Source: Actinomycetota bacterium
Lineage (GTDB): Bacteria; Actinomycetota; UBA4738; HRBIN12
Assembly (NCBI GenBank): GCA_041287635.1
Contig: JBGGNG010000003.1
Location: 1,342 to 65,341, forward strand
Direction: 5' to 3'
DNA: 64,000 nt
Shown here: positions 46,047 through 54,351 of the stretch, piece by piece
Layout of the letters: every line of letters begins with the position of its first letter
Numbering within the stretch: position 1 is the stretch's first letter
Notes under the pieces: model-generated
Databases searched by the model: none
What the model was told of the DNA's origin: nothing
What the model saw: only the letters and a program-made list of their open reading frames with translations
Made by a program: the position numbers and the translations under genes

Positions 46047-47039
46047 CTAGGGGCGGTAGGCGATCGGCGAGAACCGCTCGAGTTTCTCGAAGCGGTGTTC
46101 CGCCTCGACCCACCGCACCGTGCCCGAACGCGACCGCATCACCATCGAGTGGGTCGTCGCTCCGTCCGGCCAGTATCGAACGCCGCGAAGCAGCGAACCG
46201 TCGGTGATACCGGTCGCTGCGAAGAACACGTCGTCGCCGCTCACCAGGTCGTCGGTCGTGAGGACGGCGTCGAGATCGAAGCCGCCGTCGATCAGGGCCT
46301 GACGCTCGGCGTCGTCCCGGGGGTACAGACGGCCCTGGATCGCGCCACCGAGGCACTTCAGCGCCGCCGCCGCGATCACGCCCTCAGGCGTGCCACCGAT
46401 GCCGAGCAGCAGGTCCACGCCCGTGCGGGGCGCTGCCGCGGCGATCGCCCCGGCTACGTCGCCGTCGCTGATCAGGTAGACGCGGGCGCCGACGCTCCGC
46501 ACCGCGTCGATCATCTCGGTGTGTCGGGGCCGGTCCAGGATCGTCACGCTCACGTCCTCGGGCCTCACGCCCTTGGCCTTGGCCACGAGACGCACGTTCT
46601 CCTCGGGCGGCGCCGTGACGTCGATCGCCCCCGCCGCCTCGGCGCCCGCGGCGATCTTCTCCATGTAGACCGCGGCGCCCGGGAAGAACATCGTGCCTCG
46701 TTCCGCCAGGGCGATCACGGCGACCGCGTTCGGCTGGCCGACCGCGGTGAGACGGGTGCCGTCGATCGGATCGACCGCCACGTAGACTCCCGGGCCGTCG
46801 CCGTTGCCGACGTCCTCGCCGTTGAACAGCATCGGCGCCTCGTCCTTCTCGCCTTCGCCGATCACCACCGTGCCGCTCATCGAGACCGTGTCGATCATCA
46901 GGCGCATCGCGTCGACGGCGGCGGCGTCGGCCGCGATCTTGTCGCCGTGGCCGATCCACCGCCCGGCCGCGAGCGCCGCGGCCTCGGTGACACGAGCGAG
47001 CTCCATGGCCAGGTTCCGGTCCGGTCGGGCCTCGTTCAC
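46047..47039 (-). CDS. glpX: Class II fructose-1,6-bisphosphatase
   Basis: 330 aa and GlpX-collinear ([49 protein letters not shown]). Confidence 0.9.
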   Translation of the reverse strand: MNEARPDRNLAMELARVTEAAALAAGRWIGHGDKIAADAAAVDAMRLMIDTVSMSGTVVIGEGEKDEAPMLFNGEDVGNGDGPGVYVAVDPIDGTRLTAVGQPNAVAVIALAERGTMFFPGAAVYMEKIAAGAEAAGAIDVTAPPEENVRLVAKAKGVRPEDVSVTILDRPRHTEMIDAVRSVGARVYLISDGDVAGAIAAAAPRTGVDLLLGIGGTPEGVIAAAALKCLGGAIQGRLYPRDDAERQALIDGGFDLDAVLTTDDLVSGDDVFFAATGITDGSLLRGVRYWPDGATTHSMVMRSRSGTVRWVEAEHRFEKLERFSPIAYRP

Positions 47040-47089
47040 GGGTTCCTCCCTCGTTCAGCGCGGCCGCCGTTTGGGCGCTTCCGACGCCC

Positions 47090-48085
47090 TCATCCTAGCG
47101 GTGGGGGCGCAAGGTCCCGCTCCGCGTACCAGGCGAGCGTGCGCCGGATCGTGACCTCGATGGGCGTGTAGCGCAGGCCGAGCTCGCGTTGCGCGAGCGA
47201 TGCGTCGAAGCGGTGCCCGTGCAGCAAGGTGCGCACGGTCTCGGGACAGATGCGGGCATCGCGCCTCATCGCGCGCGCCGCCGCGCCCGCCACGACCCCG
47301 CCGACCACGGCCAGGCTGCGGGGCGCGAACCAGGCGCGGCGCGGATGCCCGGACGCCTGCCGGAGCAGCGTCACGGCGGTGCGCACGTCGAAGGATGCGC
47401 CGCTCACCAGGTAGCGCCGGCCCGGCACGCCGTCACGCTCGGCGAGCAGGTGAGCGTCGATGCAGTCGTCGATGTCGACGACCGAGAGCCACGTGTTCAC
47501 GAGCACCGGCAGCCGTCCGTTCACGATATCGAGGAGCAGCGTGGCGGATCCTCCCGTGCGCCCCGGTCCCTGCACCGACGAGGGGTTCACGGACACGATG
47601 GGCACGCCGAGCGTGTCCCCGAGCGCGAGCACCCCGCGTTCCCCCAGGACCTTCGATCGTTCGTAGTTCGACATGAACGTGCCACGATGTGGCGTGTCCT
47701 CGCGGCCGATCTCCCCGGTCCGCTCGCCGATCGTGGTCGCCGACGACGTGTAGACGACTCGCGACACCCGCGCCGCGGCCGCGGCGCGCACCACGGCGGC
47801 GGCGCCGTCGACGTTCGCGCGCAGCATCGGGGCGGGATCGCGCACACACATCGCGTTCACCCCGGCGACGTGGAACACGGTCCCGCAGCCGCGCATCCCC
47901 TGCAACAGTGCCTCGTGGTCACAGAGATCGCCCCGCACGACCACGGCCCCGAGCTCGGCGAGCGACGTCGCGGTCACGTCGGACCGGGCGAGGGCCCGCG
48001 CCTCCCGTCCCTCGGCGATCAATCGGCACAGGAGCCCTCCCCCCACGAACCCCGACGCTCCCGTGACGAAGACTGGCCCCGGCAC
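47090..48085 (-). CDS. NAD-dependent epimerase/dehydratase (extended SDR)
   Basis: FVTGASGFVGGGL Rossmann motif and YERSK (YxxxK). Confidence 0.8.
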   Translation of the reverse strand: MPGPVFVTGASGFVGGGLLCRLIAEGREARALARSDVTATSLAELGAVVVRGDLCDHEALLQGMRGCGTVFHVAGVNAMCVRDPAPMLRANVDGAAAVVRAAAAARVSRVVYTSSATTIGERTGEIGREDTPHRGTFMSNYERSKVLGERGVLALGDTLGVPIVSVNPSSVQGPGRTGGSATLLLDIVNGRLPVLVNTWLSVVDIDDCIDAHLLAERDGVPGRRYLVSGASFDVRTAVTLLRQASGHPRRAWFAPRSLAVVGGVVAGAAARAMRRDARICPETVRTLLHGHRFDASLAQRELGLRYTPIEVTIRRTLAWYAERDLAPPPLG

Positions 48086-48088
48086 GGG

Positions 48089-48679
48089 TCAGCGACCCGA
48101 GGCAGCAGCGTCGCGGCCCGACAGCACCGAGAAGAATCGAGCGAGGTACTGCACCGCCGAGACGATCGTGATCAGGGCGGCGATCGCCATCAGCCACTGG
48201 TCGAGGTACCAGTCACCCAGATGGATGTCGGGCCGCCAGATCGCGAACGTGATCGCGACGAACTGGATCGTCGCCTTCCATTTGCCCCACATCGAGGGGG
48301 TCACCACGATGCCGTCGGAGGCCGAGACCGCGCCCCGCAGCCCCATGATCAACAGTTCCCGGCCGACGATCACGAACGCGATCCAGGCGGAGACGCGACC
48401 GACGGCCACGAGCGCCAGCAGCACGCCCGAGACGAGCAGCTTGTCGGCGGCGGTATCGAGGAAGCTGCCGAGGGTGGAGGTCTGCTTCCATCGACGGGCC
48501 AGCCGTCCGTCGAAGAAGTCGGTGGCAGCCGCGAAGGCGAACAGCAGGGCGGCGGTGGGTTCGACCCATGGGGCGGGGTCGTGCACGAGCACCATGCCCA
48601 TCACCACCGGCGTCAACGCGATGCGCAGGTACGTGATGAACGCGAGGAAGGCGGCGGCTCGTTCGTCGGGGGTGCTCAT
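48089..48679 (-). CDS. pgsA: CDP-diacylglycerol--glycerol-3-phosphate 3-phosphatidyltransferase (CDP-alcohol phosphatidyltransferase)
   Basis: The CDP-OH-P motif is DFFDGRLARRWKQTSTLGSFLDTAADKLL. 196 aa and polytopic. Confidence 0.8.
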   Translation of the reverse strand: MSTPDERAAAFLAFITYLRIALTPVVMGMVLVHDPAPWVEPTAALLFAFAAATDFFDGRLARRWKQTSTLGSFLDTAADKLLVSGVLLALVAVGRVSAWIAFVIVGRELLIMGLRGAVSASDGIVVTPSMWGKWKATIQFVAITFAIWRPDIHLGDWYLDQWLMAIAALITIVSAVQYLARFFSVLSGRDAAASGR

Positions 48680-48716
48680 TGGCCTCGTGAGCGAATCGTA
48701 CCGGCTGAACCCGACG

Positions 48717-51272
48717 CTACGCCGATGCGAGCAGGTCCCGCACCTCCGAGGCAGACTCGCACCGGAGGGCTCGTGCGGCGATCGCCCGGGCGTCGACGAG
48801 GGTCGTCGACCGGACGGCGTCCTTCACGGTCGCGATCGCGGGCACCGCCATCGAGAGCTCGCGGACGCCGAGCCCGAGGAGGAGCGGGGTCGCGAGCTCG
48901 TCGCCGGCGAGCTCGCCGCAGACGCCCACCCAGCGACCGTGCGCCTCGGCGCCTTCGGCCGTTGCCGCGATCAGGCGCAGCACGGCCGGGTGGAGCGGAT
49001 CGTTGAGCTCGGCGACGTGCTCGTTGCCGCGATCGGCTGCGAGCGTGTACTGGGTCAGGTCGTTGGTGCCGATCGAGAAGAAGTCGGCTCTCGCAGCGAG
49101 GGTGCCGGCCGTCAGCGCGGCGGACGGCACCTCCACCATGATGCCGATCTCGATCGCCGGTGAGAGGCCGATCCCCTCGCGAGCGAGGTCGACGGCTGCG
49201 CGTGCCGCGTCGAGCTCCCCGGTCGTCGCGACCATGGGGAACATGACGCGGACGGGGTGCTCGACGCCCACGCGGAGCAACGCCCGGAGCTGGGCCAGGA
49301 GCAGCTCGGGACGGGCGAGACCGAGCCGGATGCCGCGCACCCCCAGGAACGGATTCGCCTCGTGCGCCTGCGCCAGGGCGGCCACCGGCTTGTCGGCCCC
49401 CGCGTCGAGCGTGCGGACCAGCAGCGGTCGTCCGTCGAGCGCCTCGGCGGCGGCCCGGTAGGCGGCTTCCTGCTCGTGTTCGTCCGGCAGCGTGTCGCGA
49501 TCCATGAAGAGGAACTCGGTCCGGAACAGCCCGATGCCGTCTGCGCCCGCGCCGACCGCGGCCGCGACCTCGGCCGGTCCACCCACATTCGCAGCCACCT
49601 CGATGGCTGTGCCGTCGAGGGTCGTGGCGGGTTCGCCGGCCCTCACCAGCGACGTCGCCAGTCGTGCGGCCCGTCCCCGTCGCTCGGACTCGAACGTCTC
49701 GACGACGTCGGGCGGCGGGTCGACGACGACTTCCCCACGAGCGCCGTCGACGGCGAGCGGCGATCCCTCCGTGAGCGAGAGCACCCGTGGTCCCACGCCC
49801 ACGACCGCCGGGATACCGAGGGCTCGCGCCAGCACGGCGGCGTGCGACGTCGGGCCGCCGTGGGCGGTGACGATGCCAAGGGCCGTCGCCGGATCGAGAC
49901 CCGCCGTGTCGGCAGGGGTCAGGTCGGCGGCGACGAGGATGCCGGGTTCGTCGAGCCGCGGTGCCGGCACGACGAGGCCGAGGATGCGCGCCAGCACCTG
50001 CGTACCGACGCTCCGCAAGTCGATCGCCCGCGCGCGCATGTACTCGTCGTCGAGCACGTCCCAGCCGACAGCCACGGCCTCGACGGCGTCGCGCCACGCG
50101 GCTGCAGCGTTGCGTCCCCGAGCGGCGATCGCCTCGCGCGCCGGCCCGAGCAGGGCCGCGTCGCGCAGGAACAGCAGGTGGGCGTCGAAGATGCGCGCCT
50201 CGTCCTCGCCGGCTCGTTCGGCGACCGCGTTGCGCTGTGCGACGATCGCATCCCCGGTCGCGCGAACGGCCGCCTCGAGTGCGGAGAGCTCCGAGGCGGG
50301 ATCCGCCCCCGGGGTGTCGGGCACGTCGAGTGCTGGCGTGTGGAAGCGCCGCAGCTCGCCGACGGCGACACCGGGCGAGGCGGCGAAGCCCGTCACTACG
50401 GTTCCCTCGACGGCACCGCTCTCCATCGCGTCGACGGGCTGAAGATGCGCCTCGTCCGTCGTCGCGTTCGAGGCTCCGGTCGCTTCGGGTGGCTCGTCGA
50501 ACCGGCGGGCGGCGAGCGCTTCGAGCGCCGCGATCGCCTCGGTCGCGCCGGGCCCTTCCGCCCGCACCTCCACGTCGTGGCCCGCGCGCACGCCGAGCGT
50601 CGCAACGGCGTTCAAGCTGCTCGCGTCGGCCGGACCGGCACCGGTCGTGAGGTTGCGCACGGTGACCACGGCCTCGTACCCGGCCGCGGTCTGCACGAAC
50701 CGGGCCGCGGGCCGCGCGTGAAGCCCGTGAGGGACCTCGACCGGGAACACGGCAACCACGGTCGGGCCCTCAGGCGGCGCGGCGCCGGCCGCACCGTCGG
50801 AGCCTGGCTCGCCTCCCTCGGCCCGGCCGGCCCCCTCGTCGGTCCCCGTCCCGAGGTGAGCGATCTTGCCGGCCAAGCCGGAGCGCGCCTCCGTGGCGAC
50901 CGCATCGAGGGGCATGCCCAGCTTGGCGGTGACCGCCGCCGCGACGGCCCCTTCGACGAGGGGAGCCTCGCAGAGCAGGATGCGCTTTCGCCGCTCCTCG
51001 CCGATCAGATCGACCGCCATCTCGGCCGAGAGCACCGCGCTCCCGAGGTCCATCAACACCAGCACTCCGTCGTCGGACCATGCTCGCTCGATCGCCTGCA
51101 TCACGAGGACGGCGTCGGTCCCGATCGGGTGCTCGGGACCGTCGGGACCATCGACAGCCTCGAGCCCTCCCGCGGTTTCGAGCTTCACCTCGGCCCCGCC
51201 CATCTCGCGCGCGAGCTCGGCGACGCCTTCGGCGATGCGGGCGCTGTGGGAGACGATGACGACGCCGACCAC
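48717..51272 (-). CDS. dhaM: Triple fusion: DhaM (EIIA-Man-like) + HPr + complete Enzyme I (PEP-protein phosphotransferase)
   Basis: The N-terminus MVGVVIVSHSARIAEG is DhaM-type. The HPr domain shows VPHGLHARPAARF. Enzyme I shows GGPTSHAAVLARALGIP, FFSIGTNDLTQY and VCGELAGD. Confidence 0.9.
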   Translation of the reverse strand: MVGVVIVSHSARIAEGVAELAREMGGAEVKLETAGGLEAVDGPDGPEHPIGTDAVLVMQAIERAWSDDGVLVLMDLGSAVLSAEMAVDLIGEERRKRILLCEAPLVEGAVAAAVTAKLGMPLDAVATEARSGLAGKIAHLGTGTDEGAGRAEGGEPGSDGAAGAAPPEGPTVVAVFPVEVPHGLHARPAARFVQTAAGYEAVVTVRNLTTGAGPADASSLNAVATLGVRAGHDVEVRAEGPGATEAIAALEALAARRFDEPPEATGASNATTDEAHLQPVDAMESGAVEGTVVTGFAASPGVAVGELRRFHTPALDVPDTPGADPASELSALEAAVRATGDAIVAQRNAVAERAGEDEARIFDAHLLFLRDAALLGPAREAIAARGRNAAAAWRDAVEAVAVGWDVLDDEYMRARAIDLRSVGTQVLARILGLVVPAPRLDEPGILVAADLTPADTAGLDPATALGIVTAHGGPTSHAAVLARALGIPAVVGVGPRVLSLTEGSPLAVDGARGEVVVDPPPDVVETFESERRGRAARLATSLVRAGEPATTLDGTAIEVAANVGGPAEVAAAVGAGADGIGLFRTEFLFMDRDTLPDEHEQEAAYRAAAEALDGRPLLVRTLDAGADKPVAALAQAHEANPFLGVRGIRLGLARPELLLAQLRALLRVGVEHPVRVMFPMVATTGELDAARAAVDLAREGIGLSPAIEIGIMVEVPSAALTAGTLAARADFFSIGTNDLTQYTLAADRGNEHVAELNDPLHPAVLRLIAATAEGAEAHGRWVGVCGELAGDELATPLLLGLGVRELSMAVPAIATVKDAVRSTTLVDARAIAARALRCESASEVRDLLASA

Positions 51273-51285
51273 GAGCCGCGCTCCC

Positions 51286-51657
51286 TCAGGCCCTCGAGGC
51301 CAGCACGCCGATCAAGATGAAGCCGTAGACGACGGTCACGATGCCGAGAGCGACGAGTCCACGTTCGAGGCGCTGGCGCCACCGTTCATTCAGGCCGAAG
51401 TCGAGCAGCACCGAACGCAGGCCCAGCATCGCGTGCACGGTGACGACGACGAGGAAGACCCCTTCGATCACGAAGATGATCGGTGTGCTGATGTAGTCGA
51501 GCACGTGCTGGTACGTGCGCAAACCGCCGATCTCGTCGACGACGAAATGATGCGCAACCATGTGGATCGTTACGAGGGCGAGGAGCGAGACGCCGGTGAA
51601 CGCGGTCCATCGCCAGCTGCGCGACCGCGTCGAAGGCTCGGGGGCGGTCGCGACCAT
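51286..51657 (-). CDS. Succinate dehydrogenase/fumarate reductase-type small membrane anchor (SdhD-like)
   Basis: 123 aa, RSWRWTAFTGVSLLALVTIHMVAHH, with 3 TM segments. It overlaps the upstream gene by 1 nt (TGATG). Trimmed from track ORF 51286..51879. Confidence 0.65.
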   Translation of the reverse strand: MVATAPEPSTRSRSWRWTAFTGVSLLALVTIHMVAHHFVVDEIGGLRTYQHVLDYISTPIIFVIEGVFLVVVTVHAMLGLRSVLLDFGLNERWRQRLERGLVALGIVTVVYGFILIGVLASRA

Positions 51658-52124
51658 CAGGCTTCCCCTCCGAAGATGTGAAGCGCCGAGTAGATGAGCA
51701 CGATCGCGCCGAACGCCATCAGTGACCAGAACAGCGCCTTCTGCCGGTTGGGAACGAACCCACTCCCGACGAGCGCCACGCGCGTGCCGTTCAGCCCATG
51801 TGCGAGAAGCCCGAACACCAGGAGCACGTCGAGTCCCAGGAACAGCGGCGTCGTCGCGACCTCGAGGAACCCGTTCCATGCGTCCTCACCGCCGAGCAAC
51901 TGCGAAAGGACGGCGAGATGCAGGTAGAGGTAGGCCACGAGCCCGAGCCCGGTGACGCGATTCAGCGAGAACGCCAGGTGTCCGGTGCTGCGGCTGCGGA
52001 GGTCGAACCATGCGATCGGTCCCGGCAGCTTGCGTGAGACGGGCGCGCGTTGACGCCGTCCGCGCAGGATCTCCTCGACCCCCGGGTCGCGTTCGCGATC
52101 GAGCGGCGCTCGCGTCTCGCTCAC
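51657..52124 (-). CDS. Succinate dehydrogenase/fumarate reductase-type cytochrome b subunit (SdhC-like)
   Basis: 155 aa with 3 TM segments and conserved-looking His residues (YLHLAV, LLAHGLNG). 4-nt overlap with the Fe-S subunit gene. Confidence 0.65.
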   Translation of the reverse strand: MSETRAPLDRERDPGVEEILRGRRQRAPVSRKLPGPIAWFDLRSRSTGHLAFSLNRVTGLGLVAYLYLHLAVLSQLLGGEDAWNGFLEVATTPLFLGLDVLLVFGLLAHGLNGTRVALVGSGFVPNRQKALFWSLMAFGAIVLIYSALHIFGGEA

Positions 52125-52876
52125 GTCGCCTCCTCGCCTGCTGCGTGCTCCGGCACCTCGCGGCCCTGTTCACGGCGGCGATGTCGCAGCTCCTTGCGCA
52201 GCGACATGATGCGCTGGGCGGGACGCACATCGCTCGGGCAGGCTTCCGTGCACTCGAACGCGGCGTGGCATCGCCAGGCGCCGGCGTCCTGGTCGGCCCA
52301 ATCGAGCAATGCATCGCGGTCGACGTCGTCGCGAGGTTCCTCGAGCAATCGCTGGGCGTAGGCCAGCGCTGCCGGTCCGACGTAGGAGTCGTCGGTCGCG
52401 GCGACGGGGCAAGCCGAGAGGCATAACCCGCACTCGATACAGTCCTCGTACCGCTCATGTCCGTCGAGGTCGTCGGCGACCGCCGCCTCGGGCAGGAACC
52501 CGCTCTCGCGCACGATCGGGTGCGGATCGGGGTAGTGCGCGACGAACGTCGTCATGTCGACGACCACGTCGAGGAGCACCGGGAGATTCGCGATCGGATC
52601 GACCGTGATCGTGCCCGAGAAGTCGGCGAGCTTCGTCACGCATGCGAGGCGCTCCCGACCATTCACCCGAACGCCGCATGTGCCACATGAGGCGTGGAAG
52701 CACGAGTGGCGCAGTCCGAGCGACGGGTCGCCGTGCAGTTGGATCCACCGGAGGGCCTCGAGCACCGTGGCGTCCTCACCCAACGGCACGTCGAACTCCT
52801 CCATGTGGGGTGTGTCGTCACCGCGTTTGAACCGATGCACCCGGAGCCGGCGGGTGGAGGTGGTCTCGGTCGTCAT
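52121..52876 (-). CDS. SdhB/FrdB-type iron-sulfur subunit (2Fe-2S + 4Fe-4S + 3Fe-4S motifs)
   Basis: SCFHASCGTCGVRVNG..LAC, CIECGLCLSACP and CHAAFECTEACP. Confidence 0.85.
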   Translation of the reverse strand: MTTETTSTRRLRVHRFKRGDDTPHMEEFDVPLGEDATVLEALRWIQLHGDPSLGLRHSCFHASCGTCGVRVNGRERLACVTKLADFSGTITVDPIANLPVLLDVVVDMTTFVAHYPDPHPIVRESGFLPEAAVADDLDGHERYEDCIECGLCLSACPVAATDDSYVGPAALAYAQRLLEEPRDDVDRDALLDWADQDAGAWRCHAAFECTEACPSDVRPAQRIMSLRKELRHRRREQGREVPEHAAGEEAT

Positions 52877-54057
52877 GCCGCGTACGCCGCCGTGTGGGGG
52901 AGCAGCACCGTCTCACGCGTGGCGCACGGGGTGTCGATACCGAGCTTGCGGCAGACGGCGTCGGCACAGACCTCAGCCATGCCCCGCAGCGTCGTGCCCT
53001 TGCCGCCGGTGATCGTCACGAAGCCTTCCACTCGGTCGTCCACCGCGTGATCGATCGTCTTGAAGGTGCGCGACAGCTCGCGGCCCGAGTCGGCATCGTC
53101 GCGCGAACCGATCAAGGGCCGCGCGGCCGACCATGCCGCGCGGAATGGCGCCTGGAGCACGGCCGGCACGAGGATCGAGCCCTCGTCGACCATGCGCTGC
53201 ACGTGGTCGGCCGGCACGCCGAGGTCATCGGGGTCAGAGACGACCCAGGAGCTGGTGCCGATGACCGAGAGCGCTCGCTGCGGCACGATGATGTCGCCGT
53301 CACCCGATGCGTGCAGTCGGTTGATGACCATGTTCGTCAGACGCCCGCGCACCGCGAGCATCACTCCGGGGGAGGGGCGGATCGGCACGTCGACCCCCGC
53401 CATGCGAGCCACCTGCTCCGACCAGGGGCCCGTGGCGTTCACGACGATGTCAGCCCCGATGCGCGTCTGCTTCCCCGTGATCAGGTCGCGGACGTGCGCG
53501 CCCGAGATCACGCCACCACCGAGGTCGAGGTCGAGGACGTCGACCCAGTTCAACAGGTCGGCCCCGTTGGCCCTCGCGGTGGCGAAGAAGCGCAGGGGCA
53601 TACGCATCGCGTCCATCGTCGCATCGGGGACCCGCACGGCCACCTTCAGGTCGGGGTTCAGGTTCGGCTCGAGCCGCAATGCCTCGTCGGGCTTGAGCAC
53701 CTGCGTCGGGATGCCCGTGCGCTCGCACCCCTCGAGGAACGACGGCAGGTAGGCCATGTCCTCGTCGGTGATGCCGACGAACAGACCGTCGTTCTCCTCG
53801 AACGAACCGGGCGCGATGCGGCGCAGGAGCATGTTCTCCTCGATGCACTCGATCGCCGATTCCTCGTCGTTCACGGCGTAGCGGGCGCCGCTGTGCAGCA
53901 ACCCGTGGTGGCGACCGGTGGTGCCCGAGGTGAACTCGCCGCGCTCGACGAGCGTCACGCGTACGCCGCGCAGGGCGAGATCGTGGGCGAGGGCGCCACC
54001 TGTGCCGCCTCCGCCCACGATCAGGACGTGTGGAGCCGTACCCGCACCTTCGCTCAT
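52873..54057 (-). CDS. GlpA-type FAD-dependent glycerol-3-phosphate dehydrogenase, lacking the C-terminal BFD-like domain
   Basis: VLIVGGGGTGGALAHDLALRG, GRHHGLLHSGARYA, VVNATGPW, ITITGGKGTTLRGMAE and AVCRKLG. It is collinear with the GlpA N-terminal ~400 aa as I recall it. Confidence 0.8.
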   Translation of the reverse strand: MSEGAGTAPHVLIVGGGGTGGALAHDLALRGVRVTLVERGEFTSGTTGRHHGLLHSGARYAVNDEESAIECIEENMLLRRIAPGSFEENDGLFVGITDEDMAYLPSFLEGCERTGIPTQVLKPDEALRLEPNLNPDLKVAVRVPDATMDAMRMPLRFFATARANGADLLNWVDVLDLDLGGGVISGAHVRDLITGKQTRIGADIVVNATGPWSEQVARMAGVDVPIRPSPGVMLAVRGRLTNMVINRLHASGDGDIIVPQRALSVIGTSSWVVSDPDDLGVPADHVQRMVDEGSILVPAVLQAPFRAAWSAARPLIGSRDDADSGRELSRTFKTIDHAVDDRVEGFVTITGGKGTTLRGMAEVCADAVCRKLGIDTPCATRETVLLPHTAAYAA

Positions 54058-54090
54058 CGGCGAATCATGCCATGCCGCCGGGGAACGGGC

Positions 54091-54336
54091 TCAGTCTTCG
54101 TCCTCTTCCTGTCCGCGCGCGAAGTCGCCCCGCTCAGGCGTCACGGGGTGTTCGTCCTCGTCGGCCTGACCTTCCGCGAACGTGCCCTTCTCGACCTCAG
54201 TCGGCTCGCGGTGCTCCTGCTCCTGACCTTCCGCGAAGTCGCCATGGGTATCGGCGTCGGGGTCGTGATCCGCTTGGCCCTCGGCGAAGGATCCCTCGTG
54301 TTCGTCGTGCTCGTCACGTTCCTTCTCGTCGTTCAC
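54091..54336 (-). CDS. 81-aa highly acidic His/Asp/Glu-rich protein with four GxFA(E/R)GQ repeats
   Basis: GTG start 6 nt after GGGAGG, immediately downstream of the glpK stop. The sequence is MNDEKERDEHDEHEGSFAEGQADHDPDADTHGDFAEGQEQEHREPTEVEKGTFAEGQADEDEHPVTPERGDFARGQEEDED. Confidence 0.6.
   Translation of the reverse strand: MNDEKERDEHDEHEGSFAEGQADHDPDADTHGDFAEGQEQEHREPTEVEKGTFAEGQADEDEHPVTPERGDFARGQEEDED
54165..54237 (-). repeat. Intragenic direct repeat (exact 16-mer twice, 57-nt period)
   Basis: CCTGACCTTCCGCGAA occurs at 54165-54180 and again at 54222-54237 (+ strand). It encodes FAEGQ in consecutive 19-aa repeat units. Confidence 0.85.
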
Positions 54337-54351
54337 TGGCGACCTCCCGGC

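Noticed and set aside
48676-51320. Several 300-690-aa ORFs (48676..50097 -, 49257..51320 +, 49492..50442 +) overlapping dhaM-HPr-EI
   Set aside because: They are alternative frames of a gene whose three domains carry all the phospho-His/Cys signatures. The competitors are Arg/Pro/Ser-rich.
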